Positions 1-13,790 are shown, counted from the first letter of the whole stretch. The stretch: DNA of 63,201 nucleotides, filler included, from Klebsormidium nitens (GCA_000708835.1; 9 parts of 9 records of this genome joined end to end with filler, not necessarily neighbours in it), one strand, 5' to 3'. Numbers and translations are program-made. Notes: generated by a model not told the origin, from the sequence alone.

Positions 1-192
1 CTTCTGCTTATTGCAGCGCAAATGATGCAACTATTTTAGTCTAAGTTGTTTTCACCAAAACGTTTAACTACCACTCGAAATCAAGCAACCCTAAGTCGTT
101 TTCACGATATACGTAGTTGCAACATCGCGGTCCACATGTTGATTTTGAGGTTGTACAAGTTGGTAAAGTTTTCAACCGACTTGTTGTACTAA

Positions 193-272
193 AAATTGAG
201 TCGTTGTACTTGTCAATCGAGTCGTTGTACTTATTTATCGAATCGTTCTATCTATCAATCGAGTCGTTGCGG
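193..272. repeat. 21-bp degenerate tandem repeat, about 4 copies (TCAATCGAGTCGTTGTACTTG-like)
   Basis: Units read directly; gives the 7-aa periodicity IESLYLS/IESLYLF/IESFYLS in ORF 117..488, which is likely not a real gene. Confidence 0.8.
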
Positions 273-528
273 CCCTACCGGATATTTTCAAAGTTTTGTT
301 CTGATTACTACCCAACTGCGTTTGCCCTCGTCTTATGGCCTCAACTATATAAGAGCTCTTCGTATACGAGCCTTTCATTGGTAGAGTTGCCCTTCCATGT
401 TAAAGGTGAAACGTCGAGAATTTGTCAAGCCTTTCGACGGTTTCGACGGTGTACCCTCCTCCCTTCTCATTGGTCAGGGTCTACATGATAACACGTGTGC
501 AAAGGATATTTGGCATCTGCCCGTTGCC

Positions 529-1672
529 GGTACCCATTGCCGGTACTGACATCATAGGATTCCGGCATAGGTACGTCTGTACCGGAGACTGAAGGTACCG
601 GAGACTGAAGGTCCCTTGCTGTACCTGCCTTGGCACCGCACTACGGTACTGGTACCGTAGCCGAGGATGGTAACAATGTATGGTACCGTATCAAGCCGAA
701 AGTAAGGTACGATGAGTGCTTCCTAGTACCTACCGGTTCTTCTTACTACTAATACCGTACAGTACGGGGGCAGAAATTACGGGGGCAGAATCCATAAGTA
801 CCGGCCTGCGACTCGCAAACGGCGCAATGCAGGTACCTACGGTACCATGCATCCTTGGTACTTATTGTTAGGCTCCAAAACCATTTGACCGTCCGATATT
901 GTTTTTTTGCCCAATCGTACGGGACATATTCCCTAACTTTTACCTACGGTACCCAGGTACAAGAGACGGAGCTAGGGTATGTACACTCCGACTCGACTGT
1001 ACTACCTACCGTAGATTGAGCGCCTTGTACCATGCGTGCTCTCGCAACCGGCCAAAGGCCCGTATGTGCAACTTAATACGTTTGTACAGTTTATTGATAT
1101 TTATACTATATATATTTATACTTTTTACCGTTCGATTGTGTTTTTTTGTCCAATCCTACGGTGCAGTCTACCTATGGTACAATGTACCTAAGTACCCTAG
1201 ACCTTTTAAATTCGGTCCAACTACCGGTACCGTAGATACCGTAGTACTCTTTGAGCTGTTTGTTCCATGACAGTAGGTACCTACGAGGGGCTCTGGAAAT
1301 GCCACTCGGCGACCGGTGTGCAAGTCGGTACTGCACAGTGCAGAGAGGAACCAAAAGCGATCGACCGTCCGATACCCTTTTTTTGATAAATCGGACGTGC
1401 TAAGACGAGCTACGAACGTTGCAGGTACGGGGTACTTAATTTGGTCAACGTGGTTACCTACCTAGGTACCGCTACTCCTATAAGTGAAACCAACTAGGGA
1501 CCTTTAACCGTGGGTCTCATGTACGGTAGGTACACAACCTAGCAAGTGCCCACATTACCTGACGGCCAACAAGCCGGTGGGGTGCCTTCGGCACCGGCCG
1601 GGGTCCCGTTTCCGCCGGCCTGGTCTAGGTTCTCTTGCCGGCTCTAGGAAACCCTGGTGCGGGACCGGTACC
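529..1672. repeat. GTAC/GGTACC-dense non-coding tract
   Basis: About 37 GTAC tetramers counted by eye in 1.15 kb versus about 4-5 expected; includes short direct duplications (GTACCGGAGACTGAAG x2, TACGGGGGCAGAA x2). Confidence 0.65.
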
Positions 1673-4600
1673 TCAAGCCTAAAGCTGATGATTCTAGAGT
1701 CATATTTTGCTACGGTCATTCAATCTCGTCGATTTTTGGCAAAGCTCACCCTCCTACTTTTCCACCATTTCCAGAGATGCATAAAGTATCTAAAGCTTGC
1801 TTGAAGCATGTCTGAAAGGCGATCAGATCACCAGCAGCAGTAGCAAACGCCACAACGGCCTTCTCCTCAACATAGTTTAGAGCTCGATCGATTGTTGCGT
1901 CGGGGTGAAGAACAAGATACTGCGGGGCTGCCATTGCATGAACAAACTCCTGCAAGTCCTGCAACTCTAGCTGCTGCGCAAACGGTGGACAATTTAAGGG
2001 TGCGGCTGCGAGATATCCAACAAGCATTTGCCATTGAGCACGGCCCTAGCAACCAGCCTGAAAGTACGTTGCCTTCCAACGCTCTTTTGCAGCAAGACCC
2101 GCCCCAAAGCACTGTTCAGGCACTAATTGCAGCAGCTTTGCAAACTGCGTTGCAAACTTTCAGGCTCCAATTTGCCATGAGCAAACTTTCTCCAACAAAC
2201 AGTTGAATCTGCGTGCACCCTTTTGGGAATCGATGATCCTGCATCACGTGGCATTCCGCGAGACACAAGGCTGAGAGGTGTAAGAAGAATCATGGATAGA
2301 TTGAATCAACGGAGGCAGGCAGGTCCCTTGCCACCGAGAAGCGGTTCGTGTGGATCTAGCGGACGCACTGGCGTGGCAAATCCATTTGCGGGACATGGGA
2401 CCTTGGGGAACTTCAGCTCCCAGGCTAGCCAAGCGGGGCAACAAACTGGGCCTCCTCAAGTACAGGGCTCTGGTTCCAGAATGGGCAGACCGCCAAATAA
2501 TGTGCTTTCACGTGTACTCCTCTATTAATTCTGTTCTTTTTGGAGTGGAGACGCTTTTGAATATTCAAATATGGTGGATGATGCCTGAGATGGACTACAA
2601 GTTACTAAAAGCCTCCCAACTCAAGTGTTTTTTTTTTTGCCTTCCTAGAGTGTGGGTGTGCTCCGAAAAGTAAGCTAAAATGAGTGAAAGTGAGGAGGAG
2701 TTTCGAGAGCCAGCCTGAAAGTGTGATTGCCAGCCCATTCACTAGATCGAGGACACCCGATTGTTTCGCTCTTGTTGCATCACAATTACACAATCTAACC
2801 TAGATAATGTTGCCTCATCAAAAGGACCTTATGGGCCCTTACGTAATGCTGTCTATCGATTTGTCCTCAACATTCATTGTGCAGAAGAAGGTTATGAGGG
2901 TTTGGGTCGCGGCAGAGGTCTTCAACAGTGCTTCCCGTGAGGATGAGGACGGGAATTACCACGAAACCCACTCCATTGTCCCGAGACTTGAAGAGCAAGT
3001 GTTCTCAGTCGAGCTTGATCTAGAGATGTTGTGGGGTTATACGTCCTAGTCATTGGCCAACGTGCGACTGGGCAATTTGCTGTTCTGGAGACCCTCCAAA
3101 ACGATGATCTACTGCTTTTGGGGGACCCACTCAGGTAAATCACTTCCTCCCTCTCCCTCAAAAAAAAGTTCTAGATAGCTTTGTCATAGTAGCTCTTGAT
3201 TGAAAGCTTCATTGCTGATGGTACAAATGCTTCTAGAGAAACGTGCGTGATAGTATGTAACTTCAGCATACTCCCCCTAGAAGCCGGCATACTCCCCCTA
3301 GATACGAGCCCCTGGCAGCCCAATGCTGACTATTCCAAATCGATTCAAGTAGCACAATGTGACAAGCACTTGCCAAACCTGAACGAGTTGACACGCCCTT
3401 GGCTCTATTGCAATGTATCATTTGTGTGTAGATTTAGCAGAGGATCTTGATGACACTTGAACCTTATCAACAACAAACACATGAGACACATGTATGCATT
3501 TTTGGGCTTGCAGGTTCTGCGCACTGTGGTTTTGGAAGCGGGCTCACGCCCGGCGCGGCTCCGAAGGGGGCTACGTTGATTTCAACCAAGTCTTCATGTT
3601 GCCGAGCTCCAAGGACCGTGTGAAGCACGTGATTGCGGCTGTTAACATGTCAGATAGTGGGCAGTCGCGGCTCGTCGTGGTGGTGGACCACAACAAGATT
3701 CATCCCGCGATCCTCGATCAAATCTTGCGGGCTCAAAGCATCGCCTATGACAGGCGGGACCAACCTCGTGAGCTGGAAGTGGAGAATGATGGATTTGAAG
3801 ATGGGGAGTTCTTGCCCCCTCCACCTCCTGCTGAGGCTCCCCAACATACTGCCGAAGCGGTGAGCTTGGCTGGACCTAAAGGTGGTAAGTTGAATTGAGA
3901 GCGTCTCATGGGTCTTATTTCTTGGCAAAGGTTGGTAATGGTAAGAGGCAAGAATTCTATTTGATCATGGTGGAAGTCAAATTACACAGTTTTTGTCCAT
4001 ACATTAGAAAGCCTCTTCTCGTGTCGCTAAGAAGAAGCTTCTACCTATGTGGGTTCTTGTTGGTCCTTTGTTGGCCCGCTAGTGGGATGTTCATTGTTCC
4101 ACTGGACTCTAGCTTTGAAAGGCCACACTCAAACACTTCAAAGGCGAGGCTCTGAAGGTGGTCAAAAGCCAGGTAATGCTGTGGGATACGGTGGATTTGG
4201 TCATCCCTTTGAAGCAAACCACATTGATCATTCTTAGCGTGGCTGGTTGGCTCAATGTACATCGTAATCGGTTGACATGAGGTGTTCAAACATTCACCCA
4301 AATAACATAAGCCAACCGAATGACCTCCCCTTATAAGTACAACTTGCGAACGAGGAGCGAGAAGCGGAAAGACTGCTGAGAGAGACTTTACGGTCCGAAG
4401 ACCAATACCGAAATGTGAGAACCATTTTTTCTACTTGCTTTAAGGTCTTGGATCGCTTCCTTGGATCGCTTTCTGACAACATCATCAAGTAGGCCAAACA
4501 ATTCTTCTGGTTTTTGAAATTCAAGATTTGTTTCTTTAGAGCTCATATGCTTCAGAAAAGTTTGAATATTAGCGAGTATGAAAATAAGTAGCCATGTGGT

Positions 4601-5188
4601 TTGCAGGATGAACAGTTTTCCTTCCTTTTCTCCTTCCTTTTCTGCTGGGTCGTTCATGTTGAGTCTTTTTTTTTTTTTTTGGAACCTTTTGCTCGCACCG
4701 ATTTTTGTTCTTTGATCTTTACCCTCCTACTCGCTTGTTGTTTTAACTCGCTTGTTCTCTTTCCTTTAGGTCCGGTCAAGGCGCAATACGCCATGTCTCT
4801 CTGGAATTCGGAGCCATGTTGCTGCGCTATCCACGTCCAGCGCTTCCATTGGCGATGCACGAGACGCCTTCAATGATCGCTCCGGCGAGAGTGCCCCAGC
4901 CGCGGAGCGGAGTTTTGGGGAGGCACTCATGGCGCGTCCACGCTCCGATCCCGATCCTGCTGATGAGCATAGAAGAGTGCGCTTGCGCATGGAGGGGGCC
5001 GCACACGAGCAAAGAGGGGTCCTTCGAGAAGCGGCGGCGCGAGAGGTGCCCATTTGCGGACAGGCCTCGAGATGGAGCGAGAGAGACGGGGGGTAGGAAC
5101 GGACGTGGGAGGGGGTGGGGGTGCCGGGGGTAGCGGAGGGGGTANNNNNNNNNNNNNNNNNNNNNNNNNNNNNNNNNNNNNNNNNNNN

Positions 5189-5200
5189 TTAATTAATTAA
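5189..5200. other. Artificial contig-join spacer TTAATTAATTAA inside N-run (also 8648, 15848, 31876, 41030, 48810, 53471, 58493)
   Basis: Identical 12-mer with stops in all six frames, centred in each roughly 100-nt N gap; absent from the larger 46234-46673 gap. Confidence 0.95.
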
Positions 5201-8200
5201 NNNNNNNNNNNNNNNNNNNNNNNNNNNNNNNNNNNNNNNNNNNNGTAACCTGGACACGTGTCGTGTAGTGATTCGATATATCAATAAGTCGATAGCGTAT
5301 AATAACGGACGATGCGCGGCCGCGAGTTTGGCGTGCAGCCAGAAGTCGGTGCGCAGTCGTGCCGTTACATGATCATTGCAGCGCACACTTTCTGTAAGCC
5401 GGTCATTTGAATCATGCCGCCGCCCATAATATTGCCTCGTGTTTAGAGGTTGCTCTTGTTCTTTGTGGGGGCCGCTTCCGGCAGATTGATCAAAAAGTTT
5501 CTCGCACCTCCTCTCAAATGCTCCCCCCTAGCGCTCGTGTCGATGCTGCGCTCGGACTGCATGTACAATTATATGCTGTCACCTTAAGTATAAGCTTCTG
5601 CATCCTATCGGCTTTCAAAGGAAGCTGTGCCGCGCCCATAGCTGTCAACGCCCCAGCGCAAACGGGTTTCCTACTCTTGATTGGATGGTCATGTCAAAAG
5701 GTATCAAACAAAGATTGCTGGCGTCACCAGAACTGCTATATGCGGGCTCTATTTACATTCAGATCTGCACTCGTTAGTGCATCCAAAAGCGGTCCCATGA
5801 TGATGCATTCAAGGTTTTTCTGTGACACATGCCGGGGTCATGCGGAATGAGACGCGAGCGCCCCCTTGTCAGATACGGACAAAAATGAATAGAAAGCAGG
5901 AGAGTCACAGCTTTGACATTGGTAACACCCACATGCGAACGAGGTCAATTGAAGTCTTACACCACTGCAAGGATCAACGTCTCAATGTCTAGCTCTAGTC
6001 TCAAAAAAGTGGTGCCCGTGAAGTAATGACGCCGCGCTGCCTCTTCTGTTGTCCACGCTGAGAGGCGGACGCGTAACGGCTACCCACGCTCGGTCTATCT
6101 TCAGCTGCCCAATACACGTAGGTGTTTCCGTCATGAGCCCTTGTTTGTCACGGCTAACAATCTTTTCTACATCATACCTACAACCGACGTCGGGCCCTCA
6201 GCCTCATTTCCAGCAGTTGCCGATGACAGCCTCGTCAGAATCTTCTTACCAAAAGCAAGCCCCTTATCAAACGTTCATCTCGAGAAGCCTCAACATGATG
6301 TCATCCTTCAGGGGTCCACTAACGCGTCTTATCCGCCATGACAGCCATACGCGTATGGAAGCGTGCTCTTCTTCCTCGACTTACAAATCTGCATGGGGTA
6401 AGTACAACAATTGTTCCGGGGTGCTGCTTGCGTTCAACCAGAGAACTTCTCGTTGTCCGCAAGCGAGTAGTGCGAAAGCTTATCAAGGTGCCAACCTCCT
6501 CTTCGTCGCTGAGCAATCTGTTTTTTGGGGATTCCCGGTTGCTTCTCGACAATCAAAGTGTTATGAAAATGAAAAGAGAGCGCAAAAGCACTCTGTTGAT
6601 CGGTTTACCGTCTTGCTTGTCAATATTAAGCTTTGCAGATGAACGCTTGCGGCTAAGAACAATTGAGTTGAACTTTGTTCGGAACGAGCATCTCCTAAGC
6701 AGCCGCACAATATCAGCTGATGGCAGTGACAGAAAGGGTCGTGCCGGGAGAAAAAGTTGCCCTCTTCTAGTTACTTCCAAGTAGTCTTAGATATTGTAGT
6801 CTGGCGCGAATTTGATGGAGTCTCCCGGCAGCGATACACTTCACTTGACCGTTCAGAAAGCTAGTATCAGCTTTGTTACGAATGGACAGCTCGGGCAACA
6901 ATTTGAACGACGAAATAGGACACCTTAGCAAAAGGAGAGACCGTACGACTTCATTCAAAAGGAGAGCTCCAGAGGTCAGGAGAAAAAGGTCGCAAGACGT
7001 CAGAAGAAGAAAAGCCGGGTAGCCAAAAAGCGCCCACCTCGTCCTGGAGAGAGTATGCCCCTCCTCCGGACTGGCGAGATGCGCCGTGATGGCGCGCTGA
7101 CGTCACCTTGGACGTCAGCTTGCTGATGAAGCGCGGCCTCTGGCTGCGGCCCTGCTCCAGTCAATTCACGATACGCCAGTGGTATTGTCTGATCGAAACA
7201 AGAAAGCGTCGAGATAAGTTTTACCATATTGTTCGCGAGCAGTTAGGTTCAATCCAATTCAGATTATGAAGAGCAACAAAAGTTCGGTCCCGCCACCGGT
7301 GTCTTTTCTTGACGCAATTAACCGCAGCGGCGGACTGGATTGCAAAGGATCGTAAAAGCAGTGCCGATGCAGCCATCAAAAGGAAATTGAAACGTGCCCA
7401 TCCGTCCCATAAAGTGCTTGACCTTTTCGTATTTCAAACGAACGCAGTCTTTCCAATGTAGCAGAAAGCGGCTGTCTGAACGCAAATACTGAAAAGATGA
7501 TGAACCCAAAATCCTGGTGCAAGCATAATGTTTTTTATTCTTGTTATACCGGATTGCCGGAATCAGTGCCCGAGCCCTGCTCAGGAGCCCACGAGAAGGC
7601 CTATAGGCACGGTCTTTCCACAAGGCCCCATACCGTCAGACTTTCCGGCTTGAAACGGCTTTTCTTAGCACGATTCTGAGCATATGAAGGCTGGTACATT
7701 AGCGGACCTGACGATACATTGCCGAAGGCAAATGACCTACATAGCCGACGTTTTATGGGTTCGGTTGCAGACCTTAACAAGTATGGAGTATGCCCCGGGT
7801 CTCGGAGCGTTTTGAAAGCGGAACACGAGAGAGCAGATACGCAATCTGCTCGCTTGTCTGAGGATCGTCTTCAGTACTATCACGGGGAACATATTGGTAC
7901 AAGACGTCCCTCGACATCCTTTAAGAAAGCGTGCCTGGCGAGCACAGGAACGGCAGGTTTAGATGGAAGCAAATCTTTCCCTTCATGAACGAAGCTCATC
8001 AAGCGTATATTGGGTCGAAGTCGCCCACAAAAGCAAGAGTCCTCTCCTTACCACGTTCGAACTAGAATGTCCTCCCCCTTGGAAGTTTTGCAATGAAGGC
8101 TTTTGATATGAGGTTACGGATTCTCGTTTTTGAAGCATTGGATCTGCTGGGGTTAGTAGTAGAGGGTTAGTCGCTCAGGTTTCGATCTCGGTCAACGCGG

Positions 8201-8704
8201 TCAACCCGGTATGGGTTTCGGCCAATAGGATGACAAATAACAATGCCTTACCGTTTTAGGAACATGTCATGTCAATAAGGAAGGCAATAATAACCGCAAG
8301 AGTAAAGCACAGGGTATCATGCAATCTCGAAGCTAAGGCTGCACCTGAAGAGCAACCTGAACCACGAACTCGAAAGATTCACCTGGCAGACAGTCGCTGG
8401 CATATCTTAGCGAGGGCGGGGATTTAGGGAGGGGGGAACTGTGCCTGGAGGTGACGATCTCACTTCAGACGGTTCCAAGAAATGGTTGCGGAAGCGGTCG
8501 TACCCAGCTTGGAGTTAAGAGCGGGAAATGCTTGACACTCCGGTTTTGAAACATGATCGCAAAATACTTAAAAAAGAGAAGGATGGCCTTCCCGCCAATG
8601 GAANNNNNNNNNNNNNNNNNNNNNNNNNNNNNNNNNNNNNNNNNNNNTTAATTAATTAANNNNNNNNNNNNNNNNNNNNNNNNNNNNNNNNNNNNNNNNN
8701 NNNC

Positions 8705-8838
8705 GAGCGTGAGCTAGCGGATAAGGAGATGGCTAAAGACGTGGAGGCGCCTGCGGTTGCAGCTCCCAAAGTGGCTGGGAATAAAGGTGCTTCTTCCAGG
8801 GTGGCCGGGGGCAAACCAGCCCTGGAGCAAACCTGCTA
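8705..8838 (+). mobile_element. Probable 3' end of LINE ORF1
   Basis: Open frame (ERELADKEMAKDVEAP...EQTC*) runs out of the gap and stops about 40 bp before the L1/Tx1 ORF2. Confidence 0.4.
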
Positions 8839-8879
8839 AGTAGCTGCTCTAAAGTAAGCCTTACCATCCTTGTCCAAAT

Positions 8880-11800
8880 ATGAGTAGACCCCGCTTGGTG
8901 CACAACAGAAACCTGCCTTCCCCAACTGCTTCCTCCACTACTGTTCCTTGTGCTACGCACTTCTCTTTAAATGTCAACGGTCTCAACAACGATAAGAAGC
9001 AAGCTCAGCTACTCACAATGAGAAACATTCACGGCTGGAAAGTGATGTATCTGAGTGATACCAGAATCTATAAAACAGAAGTTGCAGAGAACTTACAAAC
9101 CCGCCTCAAAGCTTCTGCAGGCTCTTGGAGTATGGGTAGTCCTCATAGAGCTGGCACTGCTATTCTTTTCTTTATGCCTGTCAATATTGTGAGTGAATAC
9201 AATGATCCTGAAGGTCGTTATACTAGGGTTGATTACATTTGGGAAGGTGAAGAGTATTCCAGCGTCTGTGTCTACGCTCCAGCTGATGCATCAGACCGGC
9301 CTGAATTCTTCGAAGAATGTTTATCCCAATTCTTTTCTAGAAAGCCATTGTTGGACAAAACTTTTATTGCTGGCGATTGGAACTTTGTATCTGATCCTTC
9401 TTTGGACCGCAGCTCACTCTCCGTTACTTCTCTTGGTATGACTGGCAGCTCTGAATTTGACATTCTCTCGGCTGAGCACGATCTGTCTGACCTCTTTCGT
9501 CACTATCATCCTACTGCCAAAGCCTTCACTTTTTCAAGGGACTCCCCTAGTATACATGTCTGCTAGGCTTGATAGAGTTTACTTTACCAAGAATGCATTG
9601 GCATTTACTTCGGCTTGCAAACATGTCGCTCTGCCCACGTCTGTCTCTGATCATGAAGCAGGAGTCTCGTTCACTGTCAGGGCTGTTAATGCTGCAACAA
9701 AAGGCTCTGGCTATTGGAAGTTGAACTGTTTGCTCCTTAAACGTCCAGGTTACCAGAAGCTTGTCGAAAATATTATTGCAGACTTTAAGAATGCTAAAGA
9801 ATTTTATCCTGACACCCGCTCTTGGTGGGAGAGTTTAAAGCTGGCCATTCGCTTAGTTACGGAACCTTACGCTAAAGAGCAATCTCGTAGAAGGAAAGCA
9901 ACCGTTGTCACTTTGGAAAAGCAGCTTTTGGAAGTGAATGAAGCCCTCTGCTCCTCTCCTGATAACTCAGATTTGCCCATCCAGAAGAAAAAGGTAAGTC
10001 TATTGCTGGCTAATTACTATCAAGATGTGCATGATGCTGCTCGTCTGAGAGCAGGAGCTAAACACTCCATTGATGGTGACAAACCAACTGCCTATTTTTC
10101 TTCCTTGGTCAAAGCTCGCGCTCAAAAGTCTTTTATTACTGAAATTCAAGCTTGCGTTGGCTCTCAGGTGGTCTCCAATATTGAAGACATTCTTCAGGAG
10201 GCAACAAAATATTATACCACACTGTATCAATCCAAGTCCACTGATAAAGGGCTTCGTCGCGCATGCTTCCTGATCGCTTCTGATGCTAGGCTCTCTGCTG
10301 AAGACAGTTTGCTCTGTGACAAGAAAATTCACAAGAATGAAGTCTTGGCCAGTCTAAAGAAGTTGTCAAATGGTAAGGCGCCTGGAGTTGACGGTCTACC
10401 AGTTGAATTCTACAAATTCTTCTGGCCAAAAATTGGTGATGCCTATTTGGACCTCCTTGATGAGTGCTTTCTCTTTCAAGAACTGCCGCTATCCATGAGA
10501 ACTAGCATAATAACTCTCATCTATAAGAAAGAAGATCGTAAATTACTAAAAAACTACCGCCCTATCTCTCTTTTATGTGCAGATTACAAGATTATTGCAA
10601 AAGTCTTTGCTGAGCGAATGAAACTCGTGATGCACAAAGTTGTCAAAGATGATCAAACAGGTTTTGTTCCTGGTCGAAACCGTTAACGAAAACATCATCA
10701 CTTTCTTAGAAGTCCAAGATCATTTGCAAAAGCATCAAAAGCCAGGTTTTGCCTTTCTGGCGGACATTGAAAAAGCGTTTGATTCGGTTTGTAGGGACTT
10801 TCTTGAAGCTTCATTGAGAAATTTGAACTTTGGCGACTACTTTATTTCTTGGTTTCTAACCTTGCACAACAAATCTACAGCCAAGATCATTATTAATGGC
10901 TTCCTATCTAATGATTTTCCGATCGCATCTGGAGTTCGCCAAGGCTGCCCTTGGGCCCCTCTTCTTTTTCTAGCAGCAACCGAACCCCTCGCTTGCAATA
11001 TAAGACAATCTGGTTTTGATATTCCTCTCCCTCATGAAAAAATCTCATACAAAGGGTACGCAGATGATACTTGCTGTTATGTTTTTGATGTGTCTGAGAT
11101 TCGTGGCATCTTTGATATATTTCAGACTTATAAGGATGTTTCTGGCCTGAAGTTAAATGAGGGTAAATCTACAATGATCCCTTTGGGCTCCTCGATAGGA
11201 GTTCAACGGCCACTAAACCTTCCTTGCAAATGGCTAGCTCCAGGTGAACATGAGGCAATTCTTGGCATTCAAGTTGGCAGTCTGTATTGCGACGACGCTG
11301 CTTGGAATGAGATGATCAAGAAATTTTATCGTAGCATTCGAACATGGATTCCCAAATACCTCACCATCTTTGGTCGAATCTGCGCTGTCAAGAGTTACAT
11401 TGCTAGCAAGAGCTGGTATCTAGCCTCTGTTATTCCTCCCAATGCGAAAATGGTCTCCAAGATAAACTCTCTTCTTTGGAACTTTGTCCAGAACAACAAA
11501 TGTCTCGATGAAGAAGCTCCAACAAACCGCTACTTTTCCAGATGGAGCTCTCAGACTCTTTGCCAGCCTCTTAAGGATGGTGGTTTGAATGCTTTGCAAT
11601 ATAGCTACAACCTGTCTGCTTTGCATTCAAAGTGGGTATTCTCCTTGCTTGATCCTTCGAAAACTGCTTCATGGAAGTTTTTGCCTTATGAAAGCCTCAT
11701 GAAAGTAGGGCTGGACAAATCAATTTTCACCTCTGACAGATCTGTCTTATCTTTGAAGTCCATTTCCCCTAGATGGAAGCACTATCTCACAGGTTGGTTT

Positions 11801-13125
11801 GAAGCTGGCTTTTCTGTTTCACCGCCACCGTTGGATTATGAATGTCTTTTAAATGAATCTTTATGGTTTAACAGACATATTAAGAAGGAAAACGAGAACA
11901 CCTTTGGTGATTATCTCACCCATGAAAAAATTGCTCTGAATTGTGGTCCCCGCTTTATTGCAGATTTAGTTACACATAGGTCGCCTTCTGACCACAACAA
12001 GCTGCGCTTTAAGAACAAAGACGAGTTGCAGATCCTGTACGGTGCAGCAATAGCAAAAATCCTTGAAAATCTTATCATGCGGATCCCTGGCCGTTGGCAC
12101 TAAACTATCACACTCAAGGTGAGAGAGCCTTTCCAAATAAATGATTGGGTGATACAAAGAAGGGATATGCGTAATGGTCAAAATCCAATGTGCATATATA
12201 AGGTCTCTGCTTGCCTCTCCGGTAAACTTCGTACGGTGCAACATGCGATTGCTTCCGATATGTCCATTTCCAATAATCCTCTATCATTTCAAACCTTTGA
12301 CCTATCTAAAGCACACACGGTAAAAGCATGCACAGTTTTGTATTACTACGGTACCTCTGCAGAGCAAAAATTACATTTATCTCGTATTTCATGGACCCAC
12401 TCTGCGGGCATAACCCCCTTTGCTAAGTTTTTTGTCAAGAGCGATATTTGTCAATTCGTGAAAATCATGATACGACGATTGCAGCAGAAGCTCGTTGGAC
12501 CAATCAGCTTGGTCTAGACGTTGACTGGTCTGCACATTATAAGTATCTAAACGATTCAGTACTTAGTAATCACTCGAAACAACTATTATACAGAATCCTC
12601 ACACATGCTTGCATGACTGGAGTCAGAGTACGAAAGTTTGGTCACTCAACATTATGCACACATTGCGATCTAGAGGAAGACGACTTTCATCTCCTCATCG
12701 ATTGCGGCTATATTCAACCAGTTTGGCTATGGTTCAGACAGCTAATGTCCAAAATCTATCCACATATTAAGATTCAGCAACTTCACTCGTGGCATTTATT
12801 GACAGGCAACGTACCGCAAATTTCCCAGAAAGAAATCAAACCTTGGAAAGTCATGCATGCCGAGCTCCTTGGTGCAATTTGGTATGCCAGAAATCAACGG
12901 ATATTTGATGATAATATAGTGCATCCGAATGAAATAATATCTCTTACCAAGCTTCATGCCCTACGGTCGATTCAGGTGTTTCATCATTTACTTCAAATCT
13001 CCCACTCTCGCAATAAGCGACAGAGAATTAAACGCAATATAAAACTGTGGACTCAAAAAGTTCCCTTGTGCACTTTCAACTGCAGAATGACTATGGTGTA
13101 TTCGGATGTTTTTAGCACCGTATAG
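8880..13125 (+). mobile_element. L1/Tx1-clade non-LTR retrotransposon ORF2 (APE endonuclease, RT, C-terminal CCHC), decayed
   Basis: APE motifs SLNVNGL, VYAP, AGDWN, SDH, GYWKLN; RT motifs KAPGVDGL, NYRPISLL, DIEKAFD, GVRQGCP, YADD; C-terminal CTHC..EDDFHLLIDC. Frameshifts near 9550, 10680 and 12445; in-frame TAA at 12101-12103. Confidence 0.95.
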
Positions 13126-13199
13126 ATCTTCTCACTTTGGTATTTTAGTATCACAATAGGGGGTGGTCGGGAGCGAATCCCGGTCGTTTTTTATGCATC

Positions 13200-13790
13200 C
13201 TACGCAACCCGTGGATCGGTGCGGTTCTTTGGAGAACCCCGGCCCTCGAGGGATGCCCACCTCCTCCCCGCGGGGGAAATAAAAAGAAAAAATAGGTGCT
13301 GTTGCCGGACGTGCAAACCTATCAAAGCTCTTGCTTCCTCGATCCTCTCCGCATCACCAGCCGGGTCCGTGACCCCTTTCCACAACTTCTTGTGTGTCAA
13401 GAGAAAGTTGCATTCTCTATGACCACACCGTATAGTTGTCAACATCTAAAGGCTCTACGTTGACCTTCACTCCTTCAGCCATTTTTACTGCTAGCCAACC
13501 AACGCTTCTTGGGTTGGGCACTCCTTTGTGCCGAGACAGGTTTGTGGGTATTTTCACTGGCGTCGCAGGGAAAGTGCTCGCAGTGCTCGAGTCACTCCTA
13601 CTTAACCCCCACTGGAATACCTTTCACCAACCTAGAATCGTTGTTGCTAGCAATGGCTTCCTCACTCCCTAGCGTCGTGGGCCCATAACCTGTTGAAAGC
13701 AAGCGCCTTTCAAGTTCACAACTACTAGGAATGAGTATCCATTTCATGGCAATGTCCAAGGCATTCCAAATCCGTAGGTAGGTGTACCCT
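13200..13790 (-). mobile_element. Ty1/copia 5' end: LTR remnant, PBS and decayed gag N-terminus
   Basis: Minus strand ...TTTCAACA then PBS; ATG at 13482 gives MAEGVKVNVEPLDVDNYTVWS*RM / FLLTHKKLW...EARALIGLHV (DUF4219/copia gag pattern) with a stop and a frameshift. Confidence 0.85.
13678..13690 (-). promoter_or_regulatory. Copia-type primer-binding site GGTTATGGGCCCA (half-molecule tRNA-iMet priming)
   Basis: Directly follows the LTR-terminal CAACA; matches the known internal tRNA-iMet PBS of Drosophila copia-like elements. Confidence 0.85.

Noticed and set aside
1750-3900. Possible decayed gag/protease or DIRS element
   Set aside because: Only a weak QFAVLETLQNDDLLLLGD resemblance to a retropepsin C-terminus; no DTG/DSG, RT or recombinase motif found
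4294-5133. Minus-strand ORFs as the start of a host gene
   Set aside because: No recognisable domain or consistent exon chain
5189-5200. Recurrent TTAATTAATTAA palindrome as a biological repeat or CRISPR-like unit
   Set aside because: Always centred within N-runs with stops in six frames: an assembly spacer
5245-8603. Several 60-200 aa ORFs as genes (F-box/LRR-like hints near 6550-6960)
   Set aside because: No convincing motif, conflicting frames and strands; left unannotated
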